Positions 7,870 to 19,553 of a stretch of 46,334 bases of DNA are shown piece by piece (positions within the stretch are counted from its first letter, which is position 1; each line of letters begins with the position of its first letter). Origin of the DNA: a bacterium (GTDB lineage Bacteria > Hydrothermota > Tepidihabitantia > Tepidihabitantales > Tepidihabitantaceae); NCBI GenBank assembly GCA_046485285.1, contig JAWOHE010000072.1, positions 1 through 46,334 of the forward strand, in the 5' to 3' direction. Position numbers and translations under genes: made by a program. Below the pieces are notes generated by a model. That model saw only the letters and a program-made list of their open reading frames with translations. It made no database searches and was not told the origin of the DNA.

Positions 7870-9851
7870 GCGCAAGGCCGGCCCGGGTCGGGGTCTACGT
7901 CTGCCACTGCGGGACGAACATCGCCCAGACCGTCGATGTCGAGGCGGTGGTCGAGTACGCGAAGACGCTGCCGAACGTCGCGGTCGCGAAGAACTACCTC
8001 TACATGTGCTCGGACCCGGGGCAGGCGCTGATCAAGCAGGACATCAAGGAGCACGGGCTGACCCGGGTCGTCGTCGCGGCCTGCTCGCCGCGGATGCACG
8101 AGCCGACGTTCCGGGGCGCGGTGTTCGGCGCCGGGATGAACCCTTACCTGTTCGAGATGTGCAACATCCGGGAGCAGTGTTCGTGGGTGCACCCGGACAA
8201 GGCCGAGGGGACGGAGAAGGCGAAGGACCTCGTCCGGGCGTCGGTCGCCCGGGCGGCTCTGCTCGAGGAGCTCGAGCCGCGCTGGGCCGACGTGACGAAG
8301 GCGGTGCTGGTGCTGGGCGGCGGAATCGCCGGGATCCAGGCCGCGCTCGACATCGCCGAGGCCGGCTACAAGGTCTACCTCGTCGAGAGGCAGCCGTCGA
8401 TCGGCGGGCACATGGCCCAGCTCGACAAGACCTTCCCGACGCTCGACTGTTCGGCCTGCATCCTGACCCCGAAGATGGTGGACGCGGCCCGGCACCCGAA
8501 CATCGAGCTCCTGACCCTGTCCGAGCTCAAGGCGGTGAAAGGGTTCGTCGGCAACTTCAAGGCGACGGTGCTGCGCCGGGCGCGCTACGTCAACGAGGCG
8601 GAGTGCACCGCCTGCGGCGACTGCAGCGCGGCCTGCCCGCAGATGCACCCGGACGAGTACAACATCGGCCTCGCGACCCGGCGGGCGATCTACCAGCCGT
8701 TCCCGCAGGCGGTGCCGGCGAGCTACGTGCTCGACGCGAACGACTGCCTGGGCCGGCTGCCGCGGGCGTGCGTCAAGTGCCAGGAGGCCTGCGAGAAGAA
8801 GTGCATCGACTTCAACGACCAGGACCGTGAGGTCGAGCTCGAGGTCGGCGCGATCGTCGTCGCGACCGGGCTCGAGGTGTTCGACGCGTCGCGGCTGGCC
8901 GAGTTCGGGTACGGCAAGTACCCGGATGTGCTGACCGCGCTCGAGTTCGAGCGGCTGGTTTCGGCGGGCGGCCCGACCGGCGGGAGGATCGTCCGGATCA
9001 GTGACGGCACGCCGCCCAGGGACGTCGTCTTCATCCACTGCGTCGGCTCGCGCGACAAGGCGGTCGGCAACGAGTACTGCTCGCGGGTCTGCTGCATGTT
9101 CATCATCAAGCAGGCTCACCTCGTCAAGGACAAGGTCGCCGACGCGGCGGTGACGAGTTACTACATAGACATCCGCGCCTACGGCAAGGGTTTCGAGGAG
9201 TTCTACGACCGGGTCCGGGACGAGGGTGTGCGATTCCGGCGCGGCAAGCCGTCGGAGATTTTCCGCAAGGGCAAGCGGCTGGTCGTGCGGGTCGAGGACA
9301 CCCTGCTGAACCGGGTCATCGAGCACGAGACCGACATGGTCGTGCTAGGAGTCGGGCTCGAGCCGGCCGAGGGCTCGCGGGAGCTGGCGCAGATGCTGAA
9401 GCTGTCGCAGTCCGCGGACCGGTTCTTCCTCGAGGCTCACCCGAAGCTCAGGCCCGTAGACACGAACATCGACGGCATCTTCCTCGCCGGGTGCTGCCAG
9501 GGTCCTAAGGACATCCCGGACACGGTCGCGCAGGCCAAGGGCGCGGCCGGGTCTGTGCTGGCGCTCCTGAACAAGGGCCGGGTGCCGATCGAGCCGGTCA
9601 TCGCCGAGGTGAACGCCGACGCCTGCTCGGGCTGCCACGTCTGCGAGGCGCTGTGCCCGTACTCGGCGCTGGAGTTCGACGAGCGCGAGGGCGTGATGAG
9701 CGCAAACCCGGTGCTGTGCAAGGGCTGCGGGGTCTGTCCGTCGGCCTGTCCGTCGGGCGCGATCACGATGCGGCACTACACCAGCGTCCAGCTCGAGGCC
9801 CAGCTCGACGCGCTGGTGCCAGCGGCCGTGCCGGAGAAGGCGGAGGCGTAG
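7866..9851 (+). CDS. hdrA: Heterodisulfide reductase subunit A-like FAD/Fe-S protein
   Basis: GVYVCHCGTNI, ACSPRMHE, NIREQCSWVH, GGGIAG, LDKTFPTLDC, HCVGSRD, YCSRVCC, EAHPKLRP; ferredoxin CxxCxxCxxxC motifs. Confidence 0.95.
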   Translation: MSARPARVGVYVCHCGTNIAQTVDVEAVVEYAKTLPNVAVAKNYLYMCSDPGQALIKQDIKEHGLTRVVVAACSPRMHEPTFRGAVFGAGMNPYLFEMCNIREQCSWVHPDKAEGTEKAKDLVRASVARAALLEELEPRWADVTKAVLVLGGGIAGIQAALDIAEAGYKVYLVERQPSIGGHMAQLDKTFPTLDCSACILTPKMVDAARHPNIELLTLSELKAVKGFVGNFKATVLRRARYVNEAECTACGDCSAACPQMHPDEYNIGLATRRAIYQPFPQAVPASYVLDANDCLGRLPRACVKCQEACEKKCIDFNDQDREVELEVGAIVVATGLEVFDASRLAEFGYGKYPDVLTALEFERLVSAGGPTGGRIVRISDGTPPRDVVFIHCVGSRDKAVGNEYCSRVCCMFIIKQAHLVKDKVADAAVTSYYIDIRAYGKGFEEFYDRVRDEGVRFRRGKPSEIFRKGKRLVVRVEDTLLNRVIEHETDMVVLGVGLEPAEGSRELAQMLKLSQSADRFFLEAHPKLRPVDTNIDGIFLAGCCQGPKDIPDTVAQAKGAAGSVLALLNKGRVPIEPVIAEVNADACSGCHVCEALCPYSALEFDEREGVMSANPVLCKGCGVCPSACPSGAITMRHYTSVQLEAQLDALVPAAVPEKAEA

Positions 9852-10295
9852 ATGGCCGGCTTCGAACCGAGAATCGTCGGCTTCGCCTGCAACTGGTGCT
9901 GTTACGCGGGCGCGGACCTGGCCGGGACGTCGCGGATGAGGTACCCCTCGAACATCCGGATGATCCGGGTGATGTGCTCGGGCCGGATCGAGCCCGAGTT
10001 CGTCCTCCGGGCGTTCCGGGACGGCGCGGACGGCGTGTTCGTCGGCGGCTGTCACCCAGGCGACTGCCACTACGTCTCCGGAAACTACAAGGCCCGCAAG
10101 CGAATCGAGGCGCTCCGGTCGCTGATCGCGGCGCTCGGCATCGAGCCGGAGCGGCTGAGGCTCGAGTGGGTGTCGGCATCCGAGGGTCAGCGCTATGCCG
10201 ACGCGATTACCGCCTTCACCGAAGAAGTGCGCAAGCTCGGGCCGCTGTCAGTGCCGAAGGCCGACCTCGCCGCGGAACAGCCCGCGGCGAAGTAG
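9852..10295 (+). CDS. mvhD: MvhD/FlpD-type [2Fe-2S] subunit
   Basis: FACNWCCYAGADLAG, RVMCSGR, GCHPGDCHY..GN, EWVSASEG motifs. Confidence 0.93.
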   Translation: MAGFEPRIVGFACNWCCYAGADLAGTSRMRYPSNIRMIRVMCSGRIEPEFVLRAFRDGADGVFVGGCHPGDCHYVSGNYKARKRIEALRSLIAALGIEPERLRLEWVSASEGQRYADAITAFTEEVRKLGPLSVPKADLAAEQPAAK

Positions 10296-10301
10296 CGGGG
10301 T

Positions 10302-11534
10302 TCAGTCCTCGAAGACCGGTACGACGCCGCCCGCGTCCGGGATGACGTAGACCTTCGCGTCCGGGCCGAGTTCGGCGAGTGCGGCATCGAGCGCCTGCCG
10401 GACGGTGCGGAATGGCCGCATGAAGACCCGGCCGACGGTTTCGTCGTCAACTCCCACCACGGTCCATAGCCGGGCCGCTTCCATTATCCGGGCGAGGCGG
10501 GCCGACTTGTGCCAGCCGAAGCGCCGGTCGTCGGCCGCACAGCCGATCACGTCCGCGGCCGCGCGGCAGCCCGCGAAGACCTTGACGAAGTCGTCGTTGC
10601 CGACCCCGCCCCGGCAGGCCGAGACGCAGATGTGGATGCCGCCGTCGGCAAGCGCGGGCCGGGCGAGCTCGACCGCGCGCTGGGACTGGTAGAAGTTGAT
10701 GTCGTAGGGAGGCTTGAGGACGCTGACGATGATGTCGGCCCTGCCGCGCACCGGCCGGGCGTAGACGGCCCGCGAGTCGAGCGCGGCGGCGGCGAGCGTG
10801 GCCTCGAGGTCGCCGTAGTAGACCGAGTACGGGTCGTGGTTGCGGTCGAGCACGAACTGGATCGAGAAGACCGGCCGGATGATCATCCGCGCGGCCTCGG
10901 CCATGTCCTCGTGGACCGGGTTGCCGGCCAGGCGCAGGGTTTCCGACCCGGGCTCGATCACCAGTGCGTGGTTCTCGGCAATGGTGGTTTCGGCCGCGAC
11001 CCCGGGCAGGAAGGTCTTGCGGCCACCGGTGAAGCCCGCGAAGTAGTGGGGCTCGACCGAGTTTATCGCGATGACCGCCTCGGCCCACATCAGCTCGCGG
11101 TTGAGCCAGACGTCGGTGCCGCGGCTGGTGCGGCCCTTGAAGAAGAGGCGCGACCGGTCGCGGCAGTCGTGGTCGGACACGCAGGCAGCGTGGCGGTCGA
11201 GGAAGTCGGGCCCGAAGATCCGCGCGCGTTCCTCAGCGGTCGGCGGCCGGTGGGTGCCCAGGCAGACGAGGCAGTGGATGTCGCGGCCGGCGAGCAGGGG
11301 TGCGAGCCCGGCGAGGGCGAGGGAGTTGGGTGTCGGCCGCGTGTAGTCGTTGACCAGGACCAGGACCCGGTGGTGGCCGCGCAGGAACTCCTCGGCCGAG
11401 GCCGCGGCCTGGCGGAGCTGGGCGGCGAAGTCCTGGGTCGGACGGGCGTCGTTGGGTTCGAGGGCGTCGAGCAGATTGCGGTCGGGAACGTCCAGCGGCA
11501 TCGTGCCGTCGCCCCAGGCGAGGTCAAATTTCAC
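10302..11534 (-). CDS. larA: Nickel-pincer-dependent lactate racemase family protein
   Basis: DYTRPTP, LGTHR, EPHYFAGFTGGRK..LPG, GNPVHEDM motifs. Confidence 0.85.
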   Translation of the reverse strand: MKFDLAWGDGTMPLDVPDRNLLDALEPNDARPTQDFAAQLRQAAASAEEFLRGHHRVLVLVNDYTRPTPNSLALAGLAPLLAGRDIHCLVCLGTHRPPTAEERARIFGPDFLDRHAACVSDHDCRDRSRLFFKGRTSRGTDVWLNRELMWAEAVIAINSVEPHYFAGFTGGRKTFLPGVAAETTIAENHALVIEPGSETLRLAGNPVHEDMAEAARMIIRPVFSIQFVLDRNHDPYSVYYGDLEATLAAAALDSRAVYARPVRGRADIIVSVLKPPYDINFYQSQRAVELARPALADGGIHICVSACRGGVGNDDFVKVFAGCRAAADVIGCAADDRRFGWHKSARLARIMEAARLWTVVGVDDETVGRVFMRPFRTVRQALDAALAELGPDAKVYVIPDAGGVVPVFED

Positions 11535-11540
11535 AGCCGG

Positions 11541-11568
11541 AGTATATGCCTCGCGGGCGCGGCGTCAA
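11541..11568 (-). promoter_or_regulatory. Promoter TTGACG-N16-TATACT, 6 nt before the larA GTG
   Basis: Read directly; the -35 overlaps the mce stop codon. Confidence 0.65.
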
Positions 11569-11969
11569 CGCGGGGGCTGGCTGAGCTCGACCAGCACGCC
11601 GCCCGCCGCGGCCGGGTGGACAAAGGCGACGAGGTAGCCGTGGGCGCCGACGGCCGGCTCCTCGTTGACGAGACGGACGCCCGCCGCCCTGAGCCGAGCG
11701 AGCTCGGCCCGGAGGTCGTCAACCTCGAAGCAGAGGTGCTGGAGCCCGGGGCCGCGTTTCTCGATGAACTTCGCGACCGGCGAGTCGGGCGCGTCTGGCT
11801 GGACGAGCTCAAGCCGGCTCTCGCCGACCGGGATGAAGCCGACCTCGACCTTGTTCGACAGGACGCGCTCGCGGCCGGAGAGCCGGATGCCGAGCAGCGT
11901 CTGCCAGGTCTGCGCGGACGCGTCGAGGTTCTCGACCGCGATCGCGACGTGGTTGATCTTCGTTATCAT
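11565..11969 (-). CDS. mce: Methylmalonyl-CoA epimerase
   Basis: INHVAIAV, ELVQP....SPVAKFIEKRGPGLQHLCFEV, GAHG..VAFVHP....GVLVEL motifs. Confidence 0.93.
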   Translation of the reverse strand: MITKINHVAIAVENLDASAQTWQTLLGIRLSGRERVLSNKVEVGFIPVGESRLELVQPDAPDSPVAKFIEKRGPGLQHLCFEVDDLRAELARLRAAGVRLVNEEPAVGAHGYLVAFVHPAAAGGVLVELSQPPR

Positions 11970-12060
11970 CGGGCCTATTCCTTTCTGCCAGCCGCCAAAG
12001 GTCCGCGGTTGCGGGACTTCTTACTGCTAACGACGTCTTCTGGCGTTCCTGGTGGTCTGC

Positions 12061-13710
<1,650 letters not shown>

Positions 13711-13721
13711 CGTGCCCTCCG

Positions 13722-15302
13722 TCAGAGCGGGATGTTGCCGTGCTTCCGGGGCGGGTTCTCTATGCGCTTGTTCTTCAGGATTTCAAGCGCGCCGATAACG
13801 CGCCGCCGGGTATCCCGGAACTCAATGACCTCGTCGACGAAGCCGAGCTCCGCCGCCTTGAACGGGTTGCCGAACTTTTCTTCGTACTCGCCGACGAGCT
13901 CGCGCCTGCGCTCCTCGCGGTCCTCCTCGTCCTCGATCGCGGCGAGCTCCCGGCCGTAGAGGATGCGGACCGCGCCCTCCGAGCCCATCACCGCGATCTC
14001 GGCGGTCGGCCAGGCGTAGTTGAAGTCGCCGCGGATATGCTTCGAGGACATCACGTCGTAGGCGCCGCCGTAGGCGCGGCGGGTGATGACGGTGACCTTG
14101 GGGACGGTCGCCTCGCAGTAGGCGTAGAGCAACTTGGCGCCGTGGCGGATGATGCCGCCGTACTCCTGGTTCGTCCCGGGCAGGAAGCCGGGAACGTCGA
14201 CGAAGGTCACGATCGGGATGTTGAAGGCGTCGAGGAACCGGACGAAGCGGCCGGCCTTGACCGACGCCGCGATATCGAGACAGCCGGCGAGGGCAAGGGG
14301 CTGGTTCGCGACGATGCCGACGACCCGGCCGGCCAGCCGGGCGAAGCCGATGACGATGTTACGGGCGTAGAATTTCTGGACCTCGTAGAAGCTGCCTGCG
14401 TCGACGATGCGCCGGATGATCGCGGTCATGTCGTAGGGCTTGCGGACGTCGTCCGGAATGACGGTCTCGATGCCCTCGACGTCGCGGTCTCTCTGGTCGC
14501 GGGCGACCCCGGCCGGCGCCGGTTCGCGGTTGTTCGAAGGCAGGTAGGACAGGAGCCGGCGCGTCTCCTGGAGGACGTCGCGGTCGTCGATGCCCTTGAA
14601 ATGGGCGACGCCCGAGACGGCGTTGTGGGTGTCGGCGCCACCGAGCGCTTCCTTGGTCACCTCTTCGCGAGTCACGGCGTGGATGACCTCCGGGCCGGTT
14701 ATGAACATATAGCTCGTCCGCTCGGACATCAGGATGAAGTCGGTCAGCGCGGGCGAATACACCGCGCCGCCGGCGCAGGGGCCGAGGATGCAGGACACCT
14801 GCGGGATGACGCCGGATGCGAGCGTGTTGCGCAGGAAGATGTCGGCGTAGCCGCCGAGCGAATCCACGCCCTCCTGGATCCGGGCGCCGCCGGAATCGTT
14901 TAGCCCGACGACCGGCATCCCGACCCGCATCGCGAGGTCCATTACCTTGCAGACCTTCTCGGCGAAAACCCGGGACAGGGTGCCGCCGAAGACGGTGAAG
15001 TCCTGAGAGAAAACCGCCACCGGCCTGCCGCCAACCAGCCCGTGGCCGGTGACGACCGCGTCGCCAGGGATGCGCTTGTCGGCCATGCCGAAATCCGAGC
15101 AGTCGTGGACCCGGAGGCGGTCGAGCTCAACGAAACTGCCCGGGTCGAGCAGGATGTCGAGCCGCTCGCGGGCCGTCAGCTTGCCCTCGGCGTGCTGTTT
15201 TTCGACCCGCTGGGCACCGCCGCCCGCGAAGGCGCCGGCATTCCGTCGCTCGACCTCGGCCCGGAGGCGGTCGCGGTGGGTGGACTCGTGGTTCTCGCTC
15301 AT
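13722..15302 (-). CDS. Acyl-CoA carboxylase beta / methylmalonyl-CoA decarboxylase alpha subunit (PccB/MmdA family)
   Basis: [49 protein letters not shown]; start moved to ATG 15302. Confidence 0.93.
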   Translation of the reverse strand: MSENHESTHRDRLRAEVERRNAGAFAGGGAQRVEKQHAEGKLTARERLDILLDPGSFVELDRLRVHDCSDFGMADKRIPGDAVVTGHGLVGGRPVAVFSQDFTVFGGTLSRVFAEKVCKVMDLAMRVGMPVVGLNDSGGARIQEGVDSLGGYADIFLRNTLASGVIPQVSCILGPCAGGAVYSPALTDFILMSERTSYMFITGPEVIHAVTREEVTKEALGGADTHNAVSGVAHFKGIDDRDVLQETRRLLSYLPSNNREPAPAGVARDQRDRDVEGIETVIPDDVRKPYDMTAIIRRIVDAGSFYEVQKFYARNIVIGFARLAGRVVGIVANQPLALAGCLDIAASVKAGRFVRFLDAFNIPIVTFVDVPGFLPGTNQEYGGIIRHGAKLLYAYCEATVPKVTVITRRAYGGAYDVMSSKHIRGDFNYAWPTAEIAVMGSEGAVRILYGRELAAIEDEEDREERRRELVGEYEEKFGNPFKAAELGFVDEVIEFRDTRRRVIGALEILKNKRIENPPRKHGNIPL

Positions 15303-15312
15303 TACAGAGAGT

Positions 15313-15341
15313 AAGCTAGCCCCGCTCGGGCGCTCTGTCAA
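15313..15341 (-). promoter_or_regulatory. Promoter TTGACA-N17-TAGCTT, 10 nt before ATG 15302
   Basis: Read directly; no Shine-Dalgarno before the ATG. Confidence 0.6.
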
Positions 15342-15434
15342 ACGTCGGATGTGCGGACCGTCGTTGCGGGCAGGACCGGGCCTGGGAACGAAGCCGGGCG
15401 CAGCGGTACAGGCGGCCGTGCGGGCGGGTGCGGC

Positions 15435-15462
15435 TTGACAATAGACCCGACCCGGCTAGATT
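15435..15462 (+). promoter_or_regulatory. Promoter TTGACA-N16-TAGATT of the exbB operon
   Basis: Hexamers upstream of AAGGAGG and ATG 15503. Confidence 0.6.
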
Positions 15463-15502
15463 TATTCGACGGCGAACCATGCTAACCTCAAGGAGGACTT
15501 AG

Positions 15503-16129
15503 ATGATTGAGTGGTTCAGCAAAGGCGGCATGACCATGTGGTTCCTGCTGGCCTGTGCGGTGCTCGGCCTGGCGATTATCATCGAGAGGCTGTACACCAT
15601 TTTCGTGAAGATGCGGGTTAACGTGAAGAGCTTCACACCGAAGCTGTTGCAGGCGATTGACAGCGAGGGGATCAAGGCCGGGATCGAGTACTGTGACCGG
15701 ACGCCGAGCCCGGTAGCGAAGGTACTCAAGGCCGGCCTCGAGAAGGCTGACCGCGGGTCTGACGTGGTCGAGGATGCCCTTGTCCGCGCCGGGGCCGGCG
15801 AGTTGAGCTTCCTGGACCGCGGGATGTCGTTGCTTTCCGGCTTGGTGACGGTGGCGCCGTTCTTCGGTTTCCTCGGCACCGTTACCGGCATGATCGGAGC
15901 CTTCGCGGCCGTCGCAGCGGTGGGCGAGGTCGAGCCGACTGTCGTCGCGAGCGGCATCTCCGAGGCGCTCATAACGACCCAGGCCGGCCTGATCATCGCG
16001 GCACCGCTGGCAATCATCCACATTCTCCTGTCCGGACGGGTCAACGGCTACCTGCGCGATATGGAGCGGGCCTCGACCGAACTGCTCGAGTACCTGGCGG
16101 ACAAGCAGCACTGCGAGCTGAAGAAGTAG
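15503..16129 (+). CDS. exbB: MotA/TolQ/ExbB proton channel protein
   Basis: APFFGFLGTVTGMIGAF and GISEALITTQAGL motifs. Confidence 0.9.
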   Translation: MIEWFSKGGMTMWFLLACAVLGLAIIIERLYTIFVKMRVNVKSFTPKLLQAIDSEGIKAGIEYCDRTPSPVAKVLKAGLEKADRGSDVVEDALVRAGAGELSFLDRGMSLLSGLVTVAPFFGFLGTVTGMIGAFAAVAAVGEVEPTVVASGISEALITTQAGLIIAAPLAIIHILLSGRVNGYLRDMERASTELLEYLADKQHCELKK

Positions 16130-16135
16130 GTCGGG

Positions 16136-16567
16136 ATGGCTCGCGGTTTCCGCAGCGAATCGAAGGGGTCGAAGACCCCGGACATCCCGACTGCCTCGAT
16201 GGGCGACATCGCTTTCCTGATCATCATCTTCTTCATGACGACGAGCATCTTCAGCCGCGAGAAGGGCCTGAAGATCGCTCTTCCTGAGAAGGGCGAGGAA
16301 GTGAAGATCAGGAGCGAGAACATAATGACCGTCTCGGTCAGTCCCGACGGCAGGGTGCTGGTCGGTGACGAGCAGGCCCCGTTGGCAATCGACGAGGTGA
16401 GGGAGTTTGCGGTCAGGCGACTGGCCGAGAACCCGGACCTCGCGATTGCGCTCAGGGTCAGCCGTCGGGCCCCATACCGGGTGATGGTCGGCGTATTCGA
16501 CCAACTCAAGCTGGCCAAGGCCACGCGGATAAGCCTGATGCCGGTGCAGGAGCTCGAGGGGAGCTAG
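16136..16567 (+). CDS. exbD: ExbD/TolR family protein
   Basis: IPTASMGDIAFLIIIFFM transmembrane helix with the conserved Asp. Confidence 0.9.
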   Translation: MARGFRSESKGSKTPDIPTASMGDIAFLIIIFFMTTSIFSREKGLKIALPEKGEEVKIRSENIMTVSVSPDGRVLVGDEQAPLAIDEVREFAVRRLAENPDLAIALRVSRRAPYRVMVGVFDQLKLAKATRISLMPVQELEGS

Positions 16568-16569
16568 CG

Positions 16570-16986
16570 ATGAGGCACATCACCCAGCGCCGCCAGCGCG
16601 GCGTCGACATCCCGACCGCGTCGACCGGCGACATCGCCTTCCTGCTAATCATCTTCTTCATGGTATCGACCGTGTTCCGCAAGGAGTCGGGGCTCTCGGT
16701 CATCCTGCCCCAGGCCGGCGCGACCGAGCGCATCCTGAGGAAGCGCAATGTCGCCAACGTCTGGATGGACGCCAAGGGCAGCACGACGGTCAACGACAAC
16801 CTCGTGACCCCGGAGCTCGTGACGGTGATAATGGCTGAGAAGGTGATCGAGAATCCCGACCTCGTCGTCACCCTCCAGGTTGACCGGGACGTTGACTACG
16901 GTCGCGTCAACGACATCCTCGAAGCGCTCAAGGAGGCGAGGGCCCTGCAGGTGACGTTCGCAACCGAGTACCTCGAGGGAGGCTAG
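16570..16986 (+). CDS. exbD: ExbD/TolR family protein (second paralog)
   Basis: IPTASTGDIAFLLIIFFMV and DRDVDYGRV motifs. Confidence 0.9.
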   Translation: MRHITQRRQRGVDIPTASTGDIAFLLIIFFMVSTVFRKESGLSVILPQAGATERILRKRNVANVWMDAKGSTTVNDNLVTPELVTVIMAEKVIENPDLVVTLQVDRDVDYGRVNDILEALKEARALQVTFATEYLEGG

Positions 16987-16987
16987 C

Positions 16988-17611
16988 ATGGCAAACGTCA
17001 ACAGCCTGAGTCTTGACTGGGAGAGCCGTTACTATGCGGTCGCGATCCGCATCGCGACTGTCCTCGCGCTCGTGCTCCTGCTCGGGGCTTTCCTGGCCCT
17101 GCCCCGCAATATGGAGGTCAAGCCGTACGAGTTGCGCCGGGCCGTGGAACTGGTGATGGAGGCCCTGCCGCCCGAGCTGGAGAAGATCGCCGAGCCGCCG
17201 AAGGTCGAGCGTCCCCAGATGCCGGTGGCGGCCCAGTCCGAGGCCGAGGTCGAGGCCGAAGTCGCGCAGGAGACTGATTTCTCCGAGATAATCAAGCGGC
17301 CGGTCGATACCGACATCCCGGTCGTCCCGTTCTGGAAGGTCGAAGTGAAGCCCCAGCCGGTTTCCGTGCCGACCCCGTCGTACCCCGAGCTGGCCAGGCA
17401 GGCCGGCATCGAAGGGCAGGCGGTCGTGGCCGCGCTCGTCGAGATTGACGGGTCGATCATCAGCGCGGAGATAATGAAGAGCTCGGGCAACCAGTCACTC
17501 GACCAGGCCGCGCTTGAGGCGGCCTACAAAGCGAAGTTCACCCCGGCAAGACAGCGGGACAAGCCGGTGCGGGTGCAGGTTTCGATACCCTACCGGTTCT
17601 CGCTGAACTGA
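16988..17611 (+). CDS. tonB: Energy transducer TonB
   Basis: N-terminal TM helix, Pro/Glu-rich linker, YPELARQAGIEG, LDQAAL, FTPARQ..KPV. Confidence 0.9.
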   Translation: MANVNSLSLDWESRYYAVAIRIATVLALVLLLGAFLALPRNMEVKPYELRRAVELVMEALPPELEKIAEPPKVERPQMPVAAQSEAEVEAEVAQETDFSEIIKRPVDTDIPVVPFWKVEVKPQPVSVPTPSYPELARQAGIEGQAVVAALVEIDGSIISAEIMKSSGNQSLDQAALEAAYKAKFTPARQRDKPVRVQVSIPYRFSLN

Positions 17612-17687
17612 GGGAGTGATGCAGAGAACGCGGCCCGGTCTCACCAGGACCGGGTTGCGAGGAAGACACAACCTAAGGAGGAGACAG

Positions 17688-19448
17688 ATGCGCAGTGTCA
17701 TGCTGATAGCGTTGCTGCCGGCGTTCCTGCTGGCCGCAGGCGTGACCCAGCCGATGACGACGATCGACCGGGACCTCGGCGGCGCCCTGCCGAACGAGCC
17801 GGTCAACCGGGTCCGGTACGAGAACCCGCCGGCCCAGCCGTACGTCCTCATCGGGACCGTCGACACAGTCGGCGGCACGACCGTCGACTGGCAGATGAAC
17901 GGCACGATGCCCCGCCTGCTGGTCAACTCGCCCGACCACGGCCTGCACGTGACGTGGATGTACTCGACGTCTGACCAGACCACGTTCCCGGAACGCAACC
18001 AGCGGTACAACTTCTTTGACTACTCAACTGGCGAGTGGAACTGGGTCGACCCGGACTTCATGCAGTCGGGCGTGAACGCCTACACCGAGCGGTGCGGTTA
18101 CGGCACGCTCGAGGCCGACCCGGCCTCTGGCGTGGCCTATGTCAGCACTCACCTCGGCACACCGATCCGGGTCGATATGGCCCGTGACATGGCGCCGGGC
18201 GGCGGTCTGTTCGAGTACTGCTCCGGCTCGCCGAACGTCGATGCCTACCTCTGGCCGTACATGGCGTGGGGCCAGGGCGGTAAGCTCCACATCGCGCTGA
18301 ACGACGACGCCAGCCGCGACCAGCTCTACTACACGAAGGTCGACCCGTGGTGCACTTTCGCGACCCCGGTCGGCGTGGCCGCGCCCCAGCCCGAGCCGCT
18401 GTTCCCAACCCAGAACATCGCGGCCTCGAAGGTCAGCCAGAAGGTCGCAATCGCGTGGGAGCACTCCGAGGGAAGCCCGGACCCGGGTTTCTACCGCATC
18501 TCGACCGACGGCGGCACGAGCTGGCAGAATCCCGAGGAACTGCCCTGGCCGGACGCCTACAGCGGCGACACGCTTACGTCCTACCACATCACGTCGATGT
18601 TCCCCTTCTACGACTCGGATGACGAACTGCACATCGTTGTCGACGTGATGCCATTCGTCGCCGGGCAGGGCTATGTCATCCCGGCCCAGCTCTGGCACTG
18701 GAGCCCGAGCAACACGCCAAACTGGCACCACATCCACACCGCCGACCCGGAGAGCCTGATGGCCCCGGTCGGCTACAACGCGATCTTCGCCTGCCGGCCT
18801 TCGATGGGCGAGGGTGCCGACGGCAAGCTCTACATCACCTGGGAGGAGTTCGACGGCACCAACGTCGAGTCCGGCCCACCCGAGTTCGTACGAGCGGACA
18901 TCTTCGCGGCGGCTTCATCCGACAACGGTCAGACTTGGAGCGCGCCGCTCAAGCTGACCGAGCGGAACACCACCTCGAAGCGGTTCCCGTCGATCGTCGA
19001 CCGGATGGTGATGAAGGAAGGTGCCGAGTACCTCGCGGTGCTGTACGAGATCGACATCGTGGCCGGATTCTTCGTCCAGGGCGAGGGCCCGGCGACCAAC
19101 AACCCGATGGTCGTCCAATGGGTGCCGACGTCGGCAATCGGCGTGGCCGAGCCCGGCCAGGGCGCCAAGCCGGCCCGGCTTGCAGTCGCGGCCCGGCCGA
19201 ACCCGTTCGGCAACCGGACCCGCATCTCCTACGCCGTGCCGCGCGCGGGCAACGTCTCGCTCGCGGTGTTCGATGCCGCCGGCCGACCGGTGCGGACGCT
19301 GGTCAGCGCCCGCCAGGGCGCCGGCCGCTACAGCGTGGGCTGGGATGGCCGCGACGACCTCGGAGCCGAGGTTGCCGCCGGCATCTACTTCTACACGCTC
19401 TCGACCGAGCAGGCTTCGACTACCGCCAAGCTGACGGTAGTTCGCTGA
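17688..19448 (+). CDS. Secreted protein with BNR/Asp-box-like motifs and a FlgD-Ig/T9SS-type C-terminal domain
   Basis: AAGGAGG RBS, signal peptide, STDGGTSW and SSDNGQTW, RPNPF...WDGRDD.G..VAAGIYF. Confidence 0.85.
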   Translation: MRSVMLIALLPAFLLAAGVTQPMTTIDRDLGGALPNEPVNRVRYENPPAQPYVLIGTVDTVGGTTVDWQMNGTMPRLLVNSPDHGLHVTWMYSTSDQTTFPERNQRYNFFDYSTGEWNWVDPDFMQSGVNAYTERCGYGTLEADPASGVAYVSTHLGTPIRVDMARDMAPGGGLFEYCSGSPNVDAYLWPYMAWGQGGKLHIALNDDASRDQLYYTKVDPWCTFATPVGVAAPQPEPLFPTQNIAASKVSQKVAIAWEHSEGSPDPGFYRISTDGGTSWQNPEELPWPDAYSGDTLTSYHITSMFPFYDSDDELHIVVDVMPFVAGQGYVIPAQLWHWSPSNTPNWHHIHTADPESLMAPVGYNAIFACRPSMGEGADGKLYITWEEFDGTNVESGPPEFVRADIFAAASSDNGQTWSAPLKLTERNTTSKRFPSIVDRMVMKEGAEYLAVLYEIDIVAGFFVQGEGPATNNPMVVQWVPTSAIGVAEPGQGAKPARLAVAARPNPFGNRTRISYAVPRAGNVSLAVFDAAGRPVRTLVSARQGAGRYSVGWDGRDDLGAEVAAGIYFYTLSTEQASTTAKLTVVR

Positions 19449-19454
19449 AGACTT

Positions 19455-19490
19455 AGAGGCGGCGGGGCGCAAGCCCCGCCGCCTCTTTCC
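19455..19490 (+). terminator. Intrinsic terminator
   Basis: AGAGGCGGCGGGGC-GCAA-GCCCCGCCGCCTCT, a perfect 14-bp stem, followed by a short T run. Confidence 0.75.
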
Positions 19491-19553
19491 CGCCCCACTG
19501 GGGGCGGCTGGGTGTGGCCGGAGGCGGTCTCGGATGTCAGAGAAGGAGGCAGG

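Noticed and set aside
7866-10295. Selenocysteine recoding in HdrA or MvhD
   Set aside because: No in-frame TGA; the relevant positions are Cys codons
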